This document shows positions 45,973-54,832 of a stretch of DNA of 64,000 nt, in pieces. The notes beneath the pieces are model-generated. The model did not search any database and had not been told where the DNA came from. It was given only the letters and a program-made list of their open reading frames with translations. The position numbers were made by a program, and so were the translations under genes. This DNA comes from Clostridium sp. CAG:524 (lineage in GTDB: Bacteria > Bacillota_I > Bacilli_A > RF39 > UBA660). The stretch covers positions 161 through 64,160 of the forward strand of contig FR880112.1 of NCBI GenBank assembly GCA_000434555.1, written 5' to 3'. How positions within the stretch are numbered: position 1 is the first letter of the stretch; every line of letters begins with the position of its first letter.

Positions 45973-46200
45973 TTTGCGGTCACAAATCGTGACCTTAGAA
46001 ACAAAATATTCAAAACAATAACTAATTTATTATAAGTTTAAAATTATATTCTAAGGTCCCAATTTGGGACCTTAGAAATAACGCATTCACGATAATAACT
46101 ATAATTTATGGGTTTAAAGCAATATTCTAAGGTCCCAAATTGGGACCTTAGAAATAACGCATTCACGATAATAACTATAATTCATAAATTTAGAATACTA
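45973..46200. repeat. Three tandem ~76-bp units, each with a GGTC..GACC palindrome followed by a conserved spacer
   Basis: Units 2 and 3 are near-identical (ATTCTAAGGTCCCAA(T/A)TTGGGACCTTAGAAATAACGCATTCACGATAATAACTATAATT, starting at 46048 and 46124). Unit 1 (from 45973) is diverged and carries a hybrid palindrome. Confidence 0.8.
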
Positions 46201-46236
46201 AAAAGTCATATAAAAACTTAAGCTTTGCTCAAACTA

Positions 46237-46343
46237 TTGACGATTATCATAATTTGTGATAAATTTTATACCAATTGGTACTTTTATGAAACTTTTGAAG
46301 CCATAAGTCGTCAAATCTCTATGAAATATCATAGAGATTTTTT
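46237..46343 (+). ncRNA. Candidate small transcript 1 (promoter to intrinsic terminator, no credible ORF)
   Basis: TTGACG-17-TAAATT at 46237-46265. Terminator AATCTCTATGA-AATAT-CATAGAGATT plus T6 at 46314-46343. Confidence 0.3.
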
Positions 46344-46402
46344 GTTGAAAATTACACTATTAAATTTGAGTTACAAAAAATAATATTTAAAATAAAAAAT
46401 TA

Positions 46403-46550
46403 TTGAATTTGGTATATATTAATTGTATAATATATCTTACATTAATTACTTGCCATGTTAATGTGACAATTTGGACGATAAAGTATACTTTTTAGGCAAG
46501 AAAAGGTATGCATGATGCGGAATATATCTAATAGATGTATTCCGTTTTTT
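46403..46550 (+). ncRNA. Candidate small transcript 2 (consensus promoter to intrinsic terminator)
   Basis: TTGAAT-17-TATAAT at 46403-46431. Internal helices ACATTAA/TTAATGT and CTTGCC/GGCAAG. Terminator CGGAATA..TATTCCG plus T6 at 46518-46550. Confidence 0.35.
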
Positions 46551-46571
46551 AGTCTAAAGCTATAAGAAATA

Positions 46572-46602
46572 ATTTTGCGGTCAAAATTTTTGACCGCAAA
46601 AT
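46572..46602. repeat. 31-nt perfect palindrome (P1 type)
   Basis: ATTTTGCGGTCAAAA-T-TTTTGACCGCAAAAT, 28 nt upstream of the ORF6N start. Confidence 0.85.
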
Positions 46603-46629
46603 GATAATAATCACAAGGAGAATATCAAC

Positions 46630-47484
46630 ATGGATGAGATAACTGAAACAGAAAAAATAGAAAATATGATTTATGAAATAAGGGGTAAACAAGTGATGCT
46701 AGATTATGATTTAGCTAGACTTTATGAGTGCAAAAATGGTACAAAATCAATTAATCAAGCAGTTAAAAGAAACCTTAATAAATTTCCAGAAAGATATATG
46801 TTTAAATTATCTAAAGAAGAATATTTTAATTTAAAATCACAATTTGTTATTTTAGAAATAGAAGGACAAGGTAAATATAGCAAATACTTGCCTTATGCTT
46901 TCACAGAACAGGGAGTTGCTATGCTCGCTACAATATTACGTACAAGTGTTGCTGACATAGTAAGTATGAAAATAATAGATGCATTTGTATATATGAGAAA
47001 ATATTTAACATATAATAATAAAGACTCTTTAATTTTAAATCATGAAGAGCGAATTTTAAAACTTGAAGAATCATTTGATAAATTATCAGCTAAACAAAAT
47101 TCAATAATATATGAAGGATGTATATATGATTCATATTCATTATTATTAGATATACTTAATGAAGCATATGAAGAAATAATTATAGTTGATAATTATGCAA
47201 ATAAGGAATTGTTTGATATATTAAAAAATATAAATAAAAAGATATATGTTATATCAAAAAACTTAGATAATATTTTAATAAACAAATATAGTAAACAATA
47301 TTCAAATGTTACATTTATAAATAATGATTTATTTCATGATAGATATATTATTCTTGACAGAAAAACAGTTTATGTAAGTGGCATGTCACTTAAAGATTTA
47401 GGTAAAAAATATAGTTATATGTATAAAATGAATGAAAAAATATTTATTAATGATTTAGTTAGCAGAATAGAAATATTACTTTGA
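46630..47484 (+). CDS. ORF6N-domain DNA-binding protein
   Basis: IYEIRGKQVMLDYDLARLYECKNGTKSINQAVKRNLNKFPERYMFKL...PYAFTEQGVAMLATILR is the ORF6N pattern. The C-terminal half is uncharacterised. Confidence 0.75.
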   Translation: MDEITETEKIENMIYEIRGKQVMLDYDLARLYECKNGTKSINQAVKRNLNKFPERYMFKLSKEEYFNLKSQFVILEIEGQGKYSKYLPYAFTEQGVAMLATILRTSVADIVSMKIIDAFVYMRKYLTYNNKDSLILNHEERILKLEESFDKLSAKQNSIIYEGCIYDSYSLLLDILNEAYEEIIIVDNYANKELFDILKNINKKIYVISKNLDNILINKYSKQYSNVTFINNDLFHDRYIILDRKTVYVSGMSLKDLGKKYSYMYKMNEKIFINDLVSRIEILL

Positions 47485-47505
47485 TTAATGAGATACATAA
47501 TGTAA

Positions 47506-47532
47506 TTTGCGGTCCCAATTTGGGACCGCAAA
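47506..47532. repeat. 27-nt perfect palindrome (P1 type)
   Basis: TTTGCGGTCCCAA-T-TTGGGACCGCAAA, 22 nt after the ORF6N stop. Confidence 0.85.
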
Positions 47533-47616
47533 AATAATCATTAAGCTATAATCTTTCACTTAAACAATTTACTATAAAACAATTTAATGATATAATCTAA
47601 TCTTGAGGAGATATGT

Positions 47617-48297
47617 ATGAATAAAAGAGCAGTGTTATTACCAATAATTATAATAGATATAATTTTTATTTTTATAATTCAAAAATATTTTTTTCCTCAT
47701 AATTATATTAATTTTAAAGATTGGGATAAAGTAGATAATTTAATGATAGTAGCACATCCTGATGATGAAACACTTTGGGGATCATCTTACTTGATAAAAG
47801 ACAAATATTTAGTAGTGTGTATAACATGTGGTAATAAAAGAGTAAGAGATAAAGAAATAGAAAGTGCTCTTAAAATAAGTGATGATAAAGTAGTATTCTT
47901 AAAAATGCCTGATAAAGTTCATGGTAAAAGAAGTGAATGGAAAAAGGAAAAGAAAAGAATCAAAAAAGAGTTAGACTACATTATGCATAAAAAAGAATGG
48001 AATGATATAGTTACTCATAATAAACAGGGAGAGTATGGACACATTCATCATAAAATGACAAATAAAATAGTTACTAGTATTTACGATAATAATCCTGTAG
48101 GCAAACTAAAATATTTTGGAAAATACTACTCTAAAAAGAAAATCAAAAATAAAACTGATAATAACGGATTATTAGATGAATATACATATAATAAAAAACT
48201 AGAAATGATTGAAGTATACAAGAGTCAAAAATTCATTAAGAAAGCATTTAATCAAATGTTTAAATATGAAGATATAACTGAGTACAAGAAAAAATAA
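47617..48297 (+). CDS. PIG-L / LmbE-family deacetylase
   Basis: An N-terminal TM helix, then the VAHPDDETLWG zinc-binding motif and HIHH. Confidence 0.75.
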   Translation: MNKRAVLLPIIIIDIIFIFIIQKYFFPHNYINFKDWDKVDNLMIVAHPDDETLWGSSYLIKDKYLVVCITCGNKRVRDKEIESALKISDDKVVFLKMPDKVHGKRSEWKKEKKRIKKELDYIMHKKEWNDIVTHNKQGEYGHIHHKMTNKIVTSIYDNNPVGKLKYFGKYYSKKKIKNKTDNNGLLDEYTYNKKLEMIEVYKSQKFIKKAFNQMFKYEDITEYKKK

Positions 48298-48351
48298 CAT
48301 TTGTATTGACAAACTAATGTTTGGTATAATACAATGATATTGGTGAAGGGT

Positions 48352-49221
48352 ATGATATATTTAAAAAGTTTTACTTTACTTGATGATAAAGAAGAAAACA
48401 ATTATGTACTTGGTAGTGATATAAGAAATATATATAATAATTATTATCCTATTGGAATATTCAGTAGTAAAAGATTAAAAGATATAAAATTTGGTTCTAT
48501 TACATGCTTTTATGGTGGCAATGGTAGTGGCAAAAGTACAATATTAAATATCATATCTGAAAAGATAAACTCTAATAGAAAAACAAAAATAGATAAAGGA
48601 TCATACTTTAATATATATGTAAAACATACATCATATGAAATGAGTTTTGAAACACCAATTACAATAAAAACAATAACTAGTGATGATGTATTTGATTATT
48701 TACTTGATATAAGAAGTATTAATACTCATATAAATCGTAGAAAAGAAAAATTAGCACATGATTTTTTAGAAAATAAATATAGTAATAGTGATACAATGTA
48801 TTTTGATGACTTTGAGAGTATAAGAGATACATTAGATTCTAAAAGAAAGACTATGTCTAAATATATAAGAGATAGACTTGTTAATAATAATATAGTTGAG
48901 TCATCAAATGGCGAATCAGCATTAATGTTTTGGGAAAAAGAAATAGAAGAAGATAGTATTTATATATTAGATGAGCCAGAGAATAGTTTAAGTGCTGAAA
49001 ATCAATTAAAACTTAAAAAATATATAGAAGATTCAGTAAGATTTTATAATTGTCAATTTATAATATCAACACATTCACCATTCTTTTTATCAATGAAGGA
49101 TGCGATTATTTACGATTTAGACAGCATACCAGTTGAAACTAAGAAATGGACAGAACTTTCTAATGTAAAAATATATAAAGAGTTCTTTGATGAACATAAG
49201 AATGAGTTTAAGGAGGGATAG
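48352..49221 (+). CDS. ABC-type (AAA_21-like) ATPase without a transporter partner
   Basis: Walker [10 protein letters not shown], Walker B/D-loop [11 protein letters not shown], and H-loop STHSPFF. Confidence 0.75.
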   Translation: MIYLKSFTLLDDKEENNYVLGSDIRNIYNNYYPIGIFSSKRLKDIKFGSITCFYGGNGSGKSTILNIISEKINSNRKTKIDKGSYFNIYVKHTSYEMSFETPITIKTITSDDVFDYLLDIRSINTHINRRKEKLAHDFLENKYSNSDTMYFDDFESIRDTLDSKRKTMSKYIRDRLVNNNIVESSNGESALMFWEKEIEEDSIYILDEPENSLSAENQLKLKKYIEDSVRFYNCQFIISTHSPFFLSMKDAIIYDLDSIPVETKKWTELSNVKIYKEFFDEHKNEFKEG

Positions 49222-49222
49222 C

Positions 49223-49543
49223 ATGTCAAAATATAATAAACTCGTAAGAGATAAAATACCAGAAATAATAGAAAGTAATGGTGAAAAGCCTATCACAAGA
49301 ATATTAGATGATGTAGAATACAACGAAGAACTAATCAAAAAACTAAATGAAGAATATCATGAAGTAGTTGAAGCAAATGAAGAAAGCATTATTGAAGAAC
49401 TTGCTGATATGTTAGAAGTAATGGAATCAATTGCAGAACTACATAACAAAACACTAGAAGATATATTAGACACAAAAGAAAAAAAGAAAATCAAAAGAGG
49501 AGGATTTTCTAAAAAATTATATTTAAAAGGTGTAGAAAAATAA
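49223..49543 (+). CDS. MazG-like all-alpha NTP pyrophosphohydrolase (house-cleaning type)
   Basis: [13 protein letters not shown]..., EELADMLEV and RGGF blocks. The AAGGAGGG RBS lies inside the ATPase 3' end. The ATG is 1 nt after the ATPase stop. Confidence 0.75.
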   Translation: MSKYNKLVRDKIPEIIESNGEKPITRILDDVEYNEELIKKLNEEYHEVVEANEESIIEELADMLEVMESIAELHNKTLEDILDTKEKKKIKRGGFSKKLYLKGVEK

Positions 49544-49606
49544 AAATTATGTCAACATTCTTGATATAATTTTTTTAAATATGTATAATGAAATAGGTGA
49601 AGTGAA

Positions 49607-52600
49607 ATGAAAGATATAAGACTATTAAAATTAGCAAATACAATTAAATTAAATGAAAATTTCACTAAATATTTAGAAAATGCTGAATTAAAAGAAGTGC
49701 TTCTAAATAAGAAAACTAATAAAATGACTATAGTTATCATTAATGATTTCTTATTTCCAATAGATATGTTTCATGAATTATATGAAAAAGGTACTTCACT
49801 TGATGGTGTTGATAAAATAAGATATAAATTCATTATTAAAGAAAATAATAAATACTTTCAAGAATACTTTTTATACTACTTTGATATATTAGTTAAGTCA
49901 TGTCCTATGCTTGAATGTATAAAAAAAGATAAAATTACTTTTGATGGAAATAGTGTTAATATTGAAGTGTTAAATAGTGCTGAAAAGAATAAGATAGAAG
50001 AACTTACTGATAAAATAGAAGTATTTTTAAGTGATATGGGCTTTGATGATATAAATATTAAAGCAACTATTAATGAAAAAGAAAGAGAAAAATTTAAAGA
50101 ATCATTAATAGAAGTACATGATGAAGTTAAGAGTAAGAAGACAAGAACTACTATTAAAGGTAATCCTATTGCTGGAGATGCATCACAAATAAAGAATCTA
50201 ATTGCAGCTGAAGACAGGGTTGTACTTATAGCAAAAGTATTTGGTGTTGACTCAAAAAGTACTCAAAGTGGTTGGTTTATAATAACTCTTAAATTAACTG
50301 ATTATACTGATAGTATCATTGCCAATATTTTTACTAAAAAACAAGAGGAATTTGATTATTTACTTTCTAATATCAAGAAAGATAAATGGTATAAATTTAA
50401 AGGTACTACAAAGTATAACACAAGAAGTAACGACTATGAATTTAGTGTTAATGATATAGAGACATATGAAAAAACTGAAAATAAAATAGTAGATAATGCA
50501 GAAGTTAAAAGGGTAGAATTACATGCTCATACTATGATGAGTCAGATGGATGGACTTACTAGATTAGATTTAGGTGCTCATACATGTGAACTTGTAAGTA
50601 GAACTATTGAGATGGGTTATAGAGGAGTAGCAATTACTGATCATAGTGGTTGTCAGGCATTCCCTATCGCATATCAAATTATAAAAGGATACAATAAAGG
50701 TGTTAGAAAGAAAGTCAAAGAAACACTTGATAACTTAAAAAGTGAACTTAATGATAATTTATCTGAAGAAGAAAAAATAGAACTTAATAAAAAAATAGAA
50801 AAAGCAAAAAAAGACGTAGAAAATCCACCAATATTTAAAGGACTTTTTGGAACCGAACTTACTCTTGTTGATGATACAGTTAAGATAGTTGTAAAAGGAA
50901 CTGACTTACCACTTGAAGGAACAGAATTTGTAGTATACGATACAGAAACAACTGGATTTAACGCAGCTAATGGAGATCAAATGATTGAAATAGGTGCGGT
51001 TAAAATAAAAGATGGAGTTATAACAGATAGATTTGATAAATTTATTAATCCAGGAAGACACATTCCAGATAAAATAACTGAACTTACATTTATAACAGAT
51101 GAAATGGTTAAAGGTGCAGATGATGAAGGTACTGTTACAAAAGAATTTTTGGATTGGGCTGGGGACGCTCCAATGGTTGCTCATAATGCTAAATTCGATA
51201 TTTCATTTATTGAAATGGCTATGAAAAAATATAATCTTGGAGAATTTAACAATACAGTAATAGATACATTAGAACTATCAAGAGCACTTGATCAAGGATT
51301 TGCAAGACATAGTTTATCAGCACTTGTTAAAAGATATAATGTACCATGGGATGAAGAAAGTCACCATAGAGCAGACTACGATGCTGAAGGTACAGCACTA
51401 GTATTTCATAAAATGTTACAAAAATTAATAGGTCAAAATTATGATACAATTAATTCACTTGAAAGATTAATTCCTAAAGATGAAATACATAAATTTGGTA
51501 GAACTTTCCATTTTAATGCAATAGCCTTAAATAGAACAGGACTTAAAAATTTATTTAAAATTATTTCACTTGCGAACACTACATATTTATATAAAACACC
51601 TAGAATCTTAAGAAGTAAACTAAATGAATTAAGAGAAGGATTACTTATTGGTAGCGGCTGTTATGAAAGTGAAGTATTTATAGAAGCAAGAAGTAAGGAT
51701 GGAGAAGAACTTACTAATATAATTAATTTCTATGATTATGTAGAAGTTCAACCACCAGAAGTATATGATCATTTGATACAAACAAGTGATTTTGCTAATA
51801 TATTTGAACTTAAAACACATATAAAGAAAGTGATTGATGCTACTAAGAGTGCAGGAAAGATAATTGTTGCAACAGGAGATGTACATCATTTTACAAGAGA
51901 AGATAAAATATATAGAGAAATAATTATTAATCAAAAAGTACCAGGAGGTGGAAGACATCCTCTTGCTAAAAGTAATATAACAAATATACCATCACAACAC
52001 TTTAGAACTACTGAAGAAATGTTAAAAGATTTTGATTTCTTAGATAAAGATTTAGCATATGAAATAGTAGTTACTAATACAAATAAAATATGTGATATGG
52101 TAACTGAATTTGAAGTAATTATGGATACAAAAGGTATTCCATTTAGTCCAAGAGTTAAAGCTGATGATGGAAAAACATACCTTGATTGCCCAAGAGTAGT
52201 TACAGATCTTGTATTTGAAAAAGCTGCGTCTTGGTATGGAAGTCCGCTTCCACATAATATTGAAGAAAGAATTTCTAAAGAATTATATGGAGATGCAGTA
52301 TATAATTATTGGTATAATAGATTAAAAAGCGAAAATGAAGGAATAAGTGAAGACAAACTTATAGAAAAAACATTTGATAATTTACATGAAACACTTATTG
52401 CTGGATTTGATAAGGTTAAAGAATTAATTGGTGAAAAAGTAAAGAGTGAATGGACAGAAGAAGATGGAGAACTTAATGAAAAGAGTCTTGCTTCTAAAGT
52501 TAAAAAAGAACTTGGAGGTATCATAGGTGGAGGATTTGATCCAATATACTTAATTGCTCAAAGACTTGTTAAACACTCTAATGATGATGGATATATTGTT

Positions 52601-54325
52601 GGATCAAGAGGTTCTGTTGGTAGTAGTTTTGTAGCAACAATGATGGGTATTACAGAAGTAAATCCACTACCAGCACATTATAGATGTTTAAAATGTCAAA
52701 CAAGTTTATTTAATGATGAAGAAGGTAATCCTCTTGGCTCTACTTATTCGAGTGGTTTTGATTTACCTGATAAGAAATGTCCTAATTGTGGAGAGTATAT
52801 GAAAAAAGATGGTCAAGATATGCCATTTGCTACTTTCCTTGGATTTAATGCAGATAAAGTTCCAGATATAGACCTTAACTTCTCAGATCTAAATCAAGCA
52901 TCAGCTCATGAGTATACAAAAGTACTATTTGGTGTTGATAATGTTTATAGAGCAGGTACAATTGGTACTGTTGCTGAAAAAACAGCTTATGGATTTGTAA
53001 GAGGTTACTTTGAAGATAAGGGAATCTTAGATAAAAGAAGTTGTGAAATAGAAAGACTAGCTATGGGTTGCACTGGAGTTAAAAGAACAACAGGTCAACA
53101 TCCAGGTGGTATAGTAGTTGTTCCAGATTATATGGATGTAAGTGATTTTACACCATTCCAATTCCCAGCAGAAGATCCAACTTCAGCATGGAGAACAACT
53201 CACTTTGATTACCATTCAATTGAAGAAAATTTGCTTAAACTAGATATTTTAGGACATTCTGATCCAACACAGCTAAGACTTATTCAAGATTTAAGTCATA
53301 CTAATGTACTTGATGTTCCACTTGATGATAAAGATACAATGAGTATATTTACAAGTACTAAAGTACTTGGAGTTACAAATGAACAAATAATGTGCCCAAC
53401 TGGTACTCTTGGTATTCCAGAATTTGGTACTCCATTTACAATAGGTATGGTTGCTGAAACTAAGCCAACTACTTTCGCAGAACTTGTTAAAATATCAGGA
53501 CTTTCTCATGGTACTGATGTATGGTTAGGTAATGCTAGAGACTTATGTACACCTGATGAAAATGGTAATATAAAAGTTCCATTTAAAGATGTAATTGGTT
53601 GTCGTGATGATATAATGGTATATTTAATGTATAAAGGTATGAAGCCAATAAAAGCATTCAAAATAATGGAATTTGTTCGTAAAGGAAAAGCATCTAAAGA
53701 CCCAGTTACATGGGCAGAACATAGAAAGACAATGGAAGAGGCAGGTATTGAAGAATGGTACATTGATTCTTGTCAAAAGATTAAGTACATGTTCCCTAAA
53801 GCACATGCAGCAGCGTACGTAACAAGTGCTTTTAGAATTGCATGGTATAAAGTACATATGCCAGCATACTTCTATGCTTCATGGTTTAGTACAAAAGCAA
53901 CAGACTTTGATATAGAATCTATGATTAATGGATATGATGCAATAAAAAATAAAATACTTGAAATTAAAAATAAAGGCTATGACGCTACTAATAAAGAAAA
54001 TGGAGTTCTTGAATGTCTTAATGTAGCACTTGAAATGTCCGCAAGAAATATAAAAGTAGCTCCATTTGATTTATATAAAAGTAAAGGTCTTACATTTGAT
54101 GTACAAGATGATAATACAATTATTCCACCATTCATAACAATTGATGGTCTTGGTGAAACAGTTGCTAAAAATATAGAATCAGAAGCAAAGAAACATCCAT
54201 TTATAAGTATTGAAGACTTTCAAACAAGATGTAAAGTTTCACAAACACTTATAGATAAAATGAGAGCAATGGGTATATTTAATAGTATGCCAGAAAGCTC
54301 ACAACTTAGTTTATTTGATTTTTAA
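49607..54325 (+). CDS. polC: DNA polymerase III PolC-type
   Basis: 1572 aa. It has the PHP motif ELHAHTMMS, the DEDD exonuclease motif VVYDTETTGF, the Zn module CLKCQ...CPNCG, and pol III alpha core blocks. Confidence 0.95.
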   Translation: MKDIRLLKLANTIKLNENFTKYLENAELKEVLLNKKTNKMTIVIINDFLFPIDMFHELYEKGTSLDGVDKIRYKFIIKENNKYFQEYFLYYFDILVKSCPMLECIKKDKITFDGNSVNIEVLNSAEKNKIEELTDKIEVFLSDMGFDDINIKATINEKEREKFKESLIEVHDEVKSKKTRTTIKGNPIAGDASQIKNLIAAEDRVVLIAKVFGVDSKSTQSGWFIITLKLTDYTDSIIANIFTKKQEEFDYLLSNIKKDKWYKFKGTTKYNTRSNDYEFSVNDIETYEKTENKIVDNAEVKRVELHAHTMMSQMDGLTRLDLGAHTCELVSRTIEMGYRGVAITDHSGCQAFPIAYQIIKGYNKGVRKKVKETLDNLKSELNDNLSEEEKIELNKKIEKAKKDVENPPIFKGLFGTELTLVDDTVKIVVKGTDLPLEGTEFVVYDTETTGFNAANGDQMIEIGAVKIKDGVITDRFDKFINPGRHIPDKITELTFITDEMVKGADDEGTVTKEFLDWAGDAPMVAHNAKFDISFIEMAMKKYNLGEFNNTVIDTLELSRALDQGFARHSLSALVKRYNVPWDEESHHRADYDAEGTALVFHKMLQKLIGQNYDTINSLERLIPKDEIHKFGRTFHFNAIALNRTGLKNLFKIISLANTTYLYKTPRILRSKLNELREGLLIGSGCYESEVFIEARSKDGEELTNIINFYDYVEVQPPEVYDHLIQTSDFANIFELKTHIKKVIDATKSAGKIIVATGDVHHFTREDKIYREIIINQKVPGGGRHPLAKSNITNIPSQHFRTTEEMLKDFDFLDKDLAYEIVVTNTNKICDMVTEFEVIMDTKGIPFSPRVKADDGKTYLDCPRVVTDLVFEKAASWYGSPLPHNIEERISKELYGDAVYNYWYNRLKSENEGISEDKLIEKTFDNLHETLIAGFDKVKELIGEKVKSEWTEEDGELNEKSLASKVKKELGGIIGGGFDPIYLIAQRLVKHSNDDGYIVGSRGSVGSSFVATMMGITEVNPLPAHYRCLKCQTSLFNDEEGNPLGSTYSSGFDLPDKKCPNCGEYMKKDGQDMPFATFLGFNADKVPDIDLNFSDLNQASAHEYTKVLFGVDNVYRAGTIGTVAEKTAYGFVRGYFEDKGILDKRSCEIERLAMGCTGVKRTTGQHPGGIVVVPDYMDVSDFTPFQFPAEDPTSAWRTTHFDYHSIEENLLKLDILGHSDPTQLRLIQDLSHTNVLDVPLDDKDTMSIFTSTKVLGVTNEQIMCPTGTLGIPEFGTPFTIGMVAETKPTTFAELVKISGLSHGTDVWLGNARDLCTPDENGNIKVPFKDVIGCRDDIMVYLMYKGMKPIKAFKIMEFVRKGKASKDPVTWAEHRKTMEEAGIEEWYIDSCQKIKYMFPKAHAAAYVTSAFRIAWYKVHMPAYFYASWFSTKATDFDIESMINGYDAIKNKILEIKNKGYDATNKENGVLECLNVALEMSARNIKVAPFDLYKSKGLTFDVQDDNTIIPPFITIDGLGETVAKNIESEAKKHPFISIEDFQTRCKVSQTLIDKMRAMGIFNSMPESSQLSLFDF

Positions 54326-54326
54326 G

Positions 54327-54348
54327 GATACTAGAAATAGTATCTTTT
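54327..54348 (+). terminator. polC intrinsic terminator
   Basis: GATACTA-GAAA-TAGTATC hairpin plus T4. Confidence 0.6.
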
Positions 54349-54390
54349 CTTCTATTTATATTGTATAATATCAATTACTTTAGTGATAGT

Positions 54391-54531
54391 ATGAAAAAAA
54401 ATAAAAATTTAGAAATGAAAATATATGAATTATTAGGAGTTAAAATATTTAGAAAAATAGCTTTTTCTTTAGCATCCATTATAAGTTTACCTAAAAAAAG
54501 AAATCGGTTCAAAAGAATTATTCAAGTATGA
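54391..54531 (+). pseudogene. 46-codon ORF, possibly the collapsed remnant of a membrane acyltransferase-like gene
   Basis: MKKNKNLEMKIYELLGVKIFRKIAFSLASIISLPKKRNRFKRIIQV-stop. A terminator hairpin follows at ~54576-54606. The assignment is speculative. Confidence 0.2.
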
Positions 54532-54684
54532 CTTATTAATGAGAAAAGCTATGGAAATAGTTACAAAATAAATATAAAAAGAACATCTTGATCTTCAAGA
54601 TGTTTTTATTTGATTAAAAATTACTTTTTTGAAAACGAAAGATTTCATATTGAAATTGATAGAATAATATGTTATATTAAAAAT

Positions 54685-54832
54685 ATGAATAAAGTAGTTA
54701 GTTTCCTGAGACAATATTTAGTTATTATTTCAGTGCTTGTAGGAATAAGTATTCTTTTAAGTGTTACTTTTTCAAACTTTATCGTTACATCAAACAATCA
54801 TAAAGCAGCAGAAATGTATATTGGTACTTTAA
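54685..54832 (+). pseudogene. 5' fragment of a paralogue of the gene at 63771
   Basis: MNKVVSFLRQYLVIISVLVGISILLSVTFSNFIVTSNNHKAAEMYIGTL aligns with MTKVLDFLKEHKYLMVTLVLVGISITLGVTYSNYIVTSNNHKAAEMYIGTL. Nucleotide similarity stops at GGTACTTTAAA (54833). Confidence 0.65.

Noticed and set aside
45973-46200. Possible CRISPR array, given palindromic repeats at a regular ~76-bp period.
   Set aside because: The spacers between the palindromes are copies of one another rather than unique sequences. There are only three units, and no cas genes are nearby. This is a tandem duplication.
46572-47532. The long palindromes as ordinary rho-independent terminators.
   Set aside because: They are flanked by T-runs on the 5' side and A-runs on the 3' side, so neither strand gives a hairpin followed by a U-tail. 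The flanks simply extend the palindrome.
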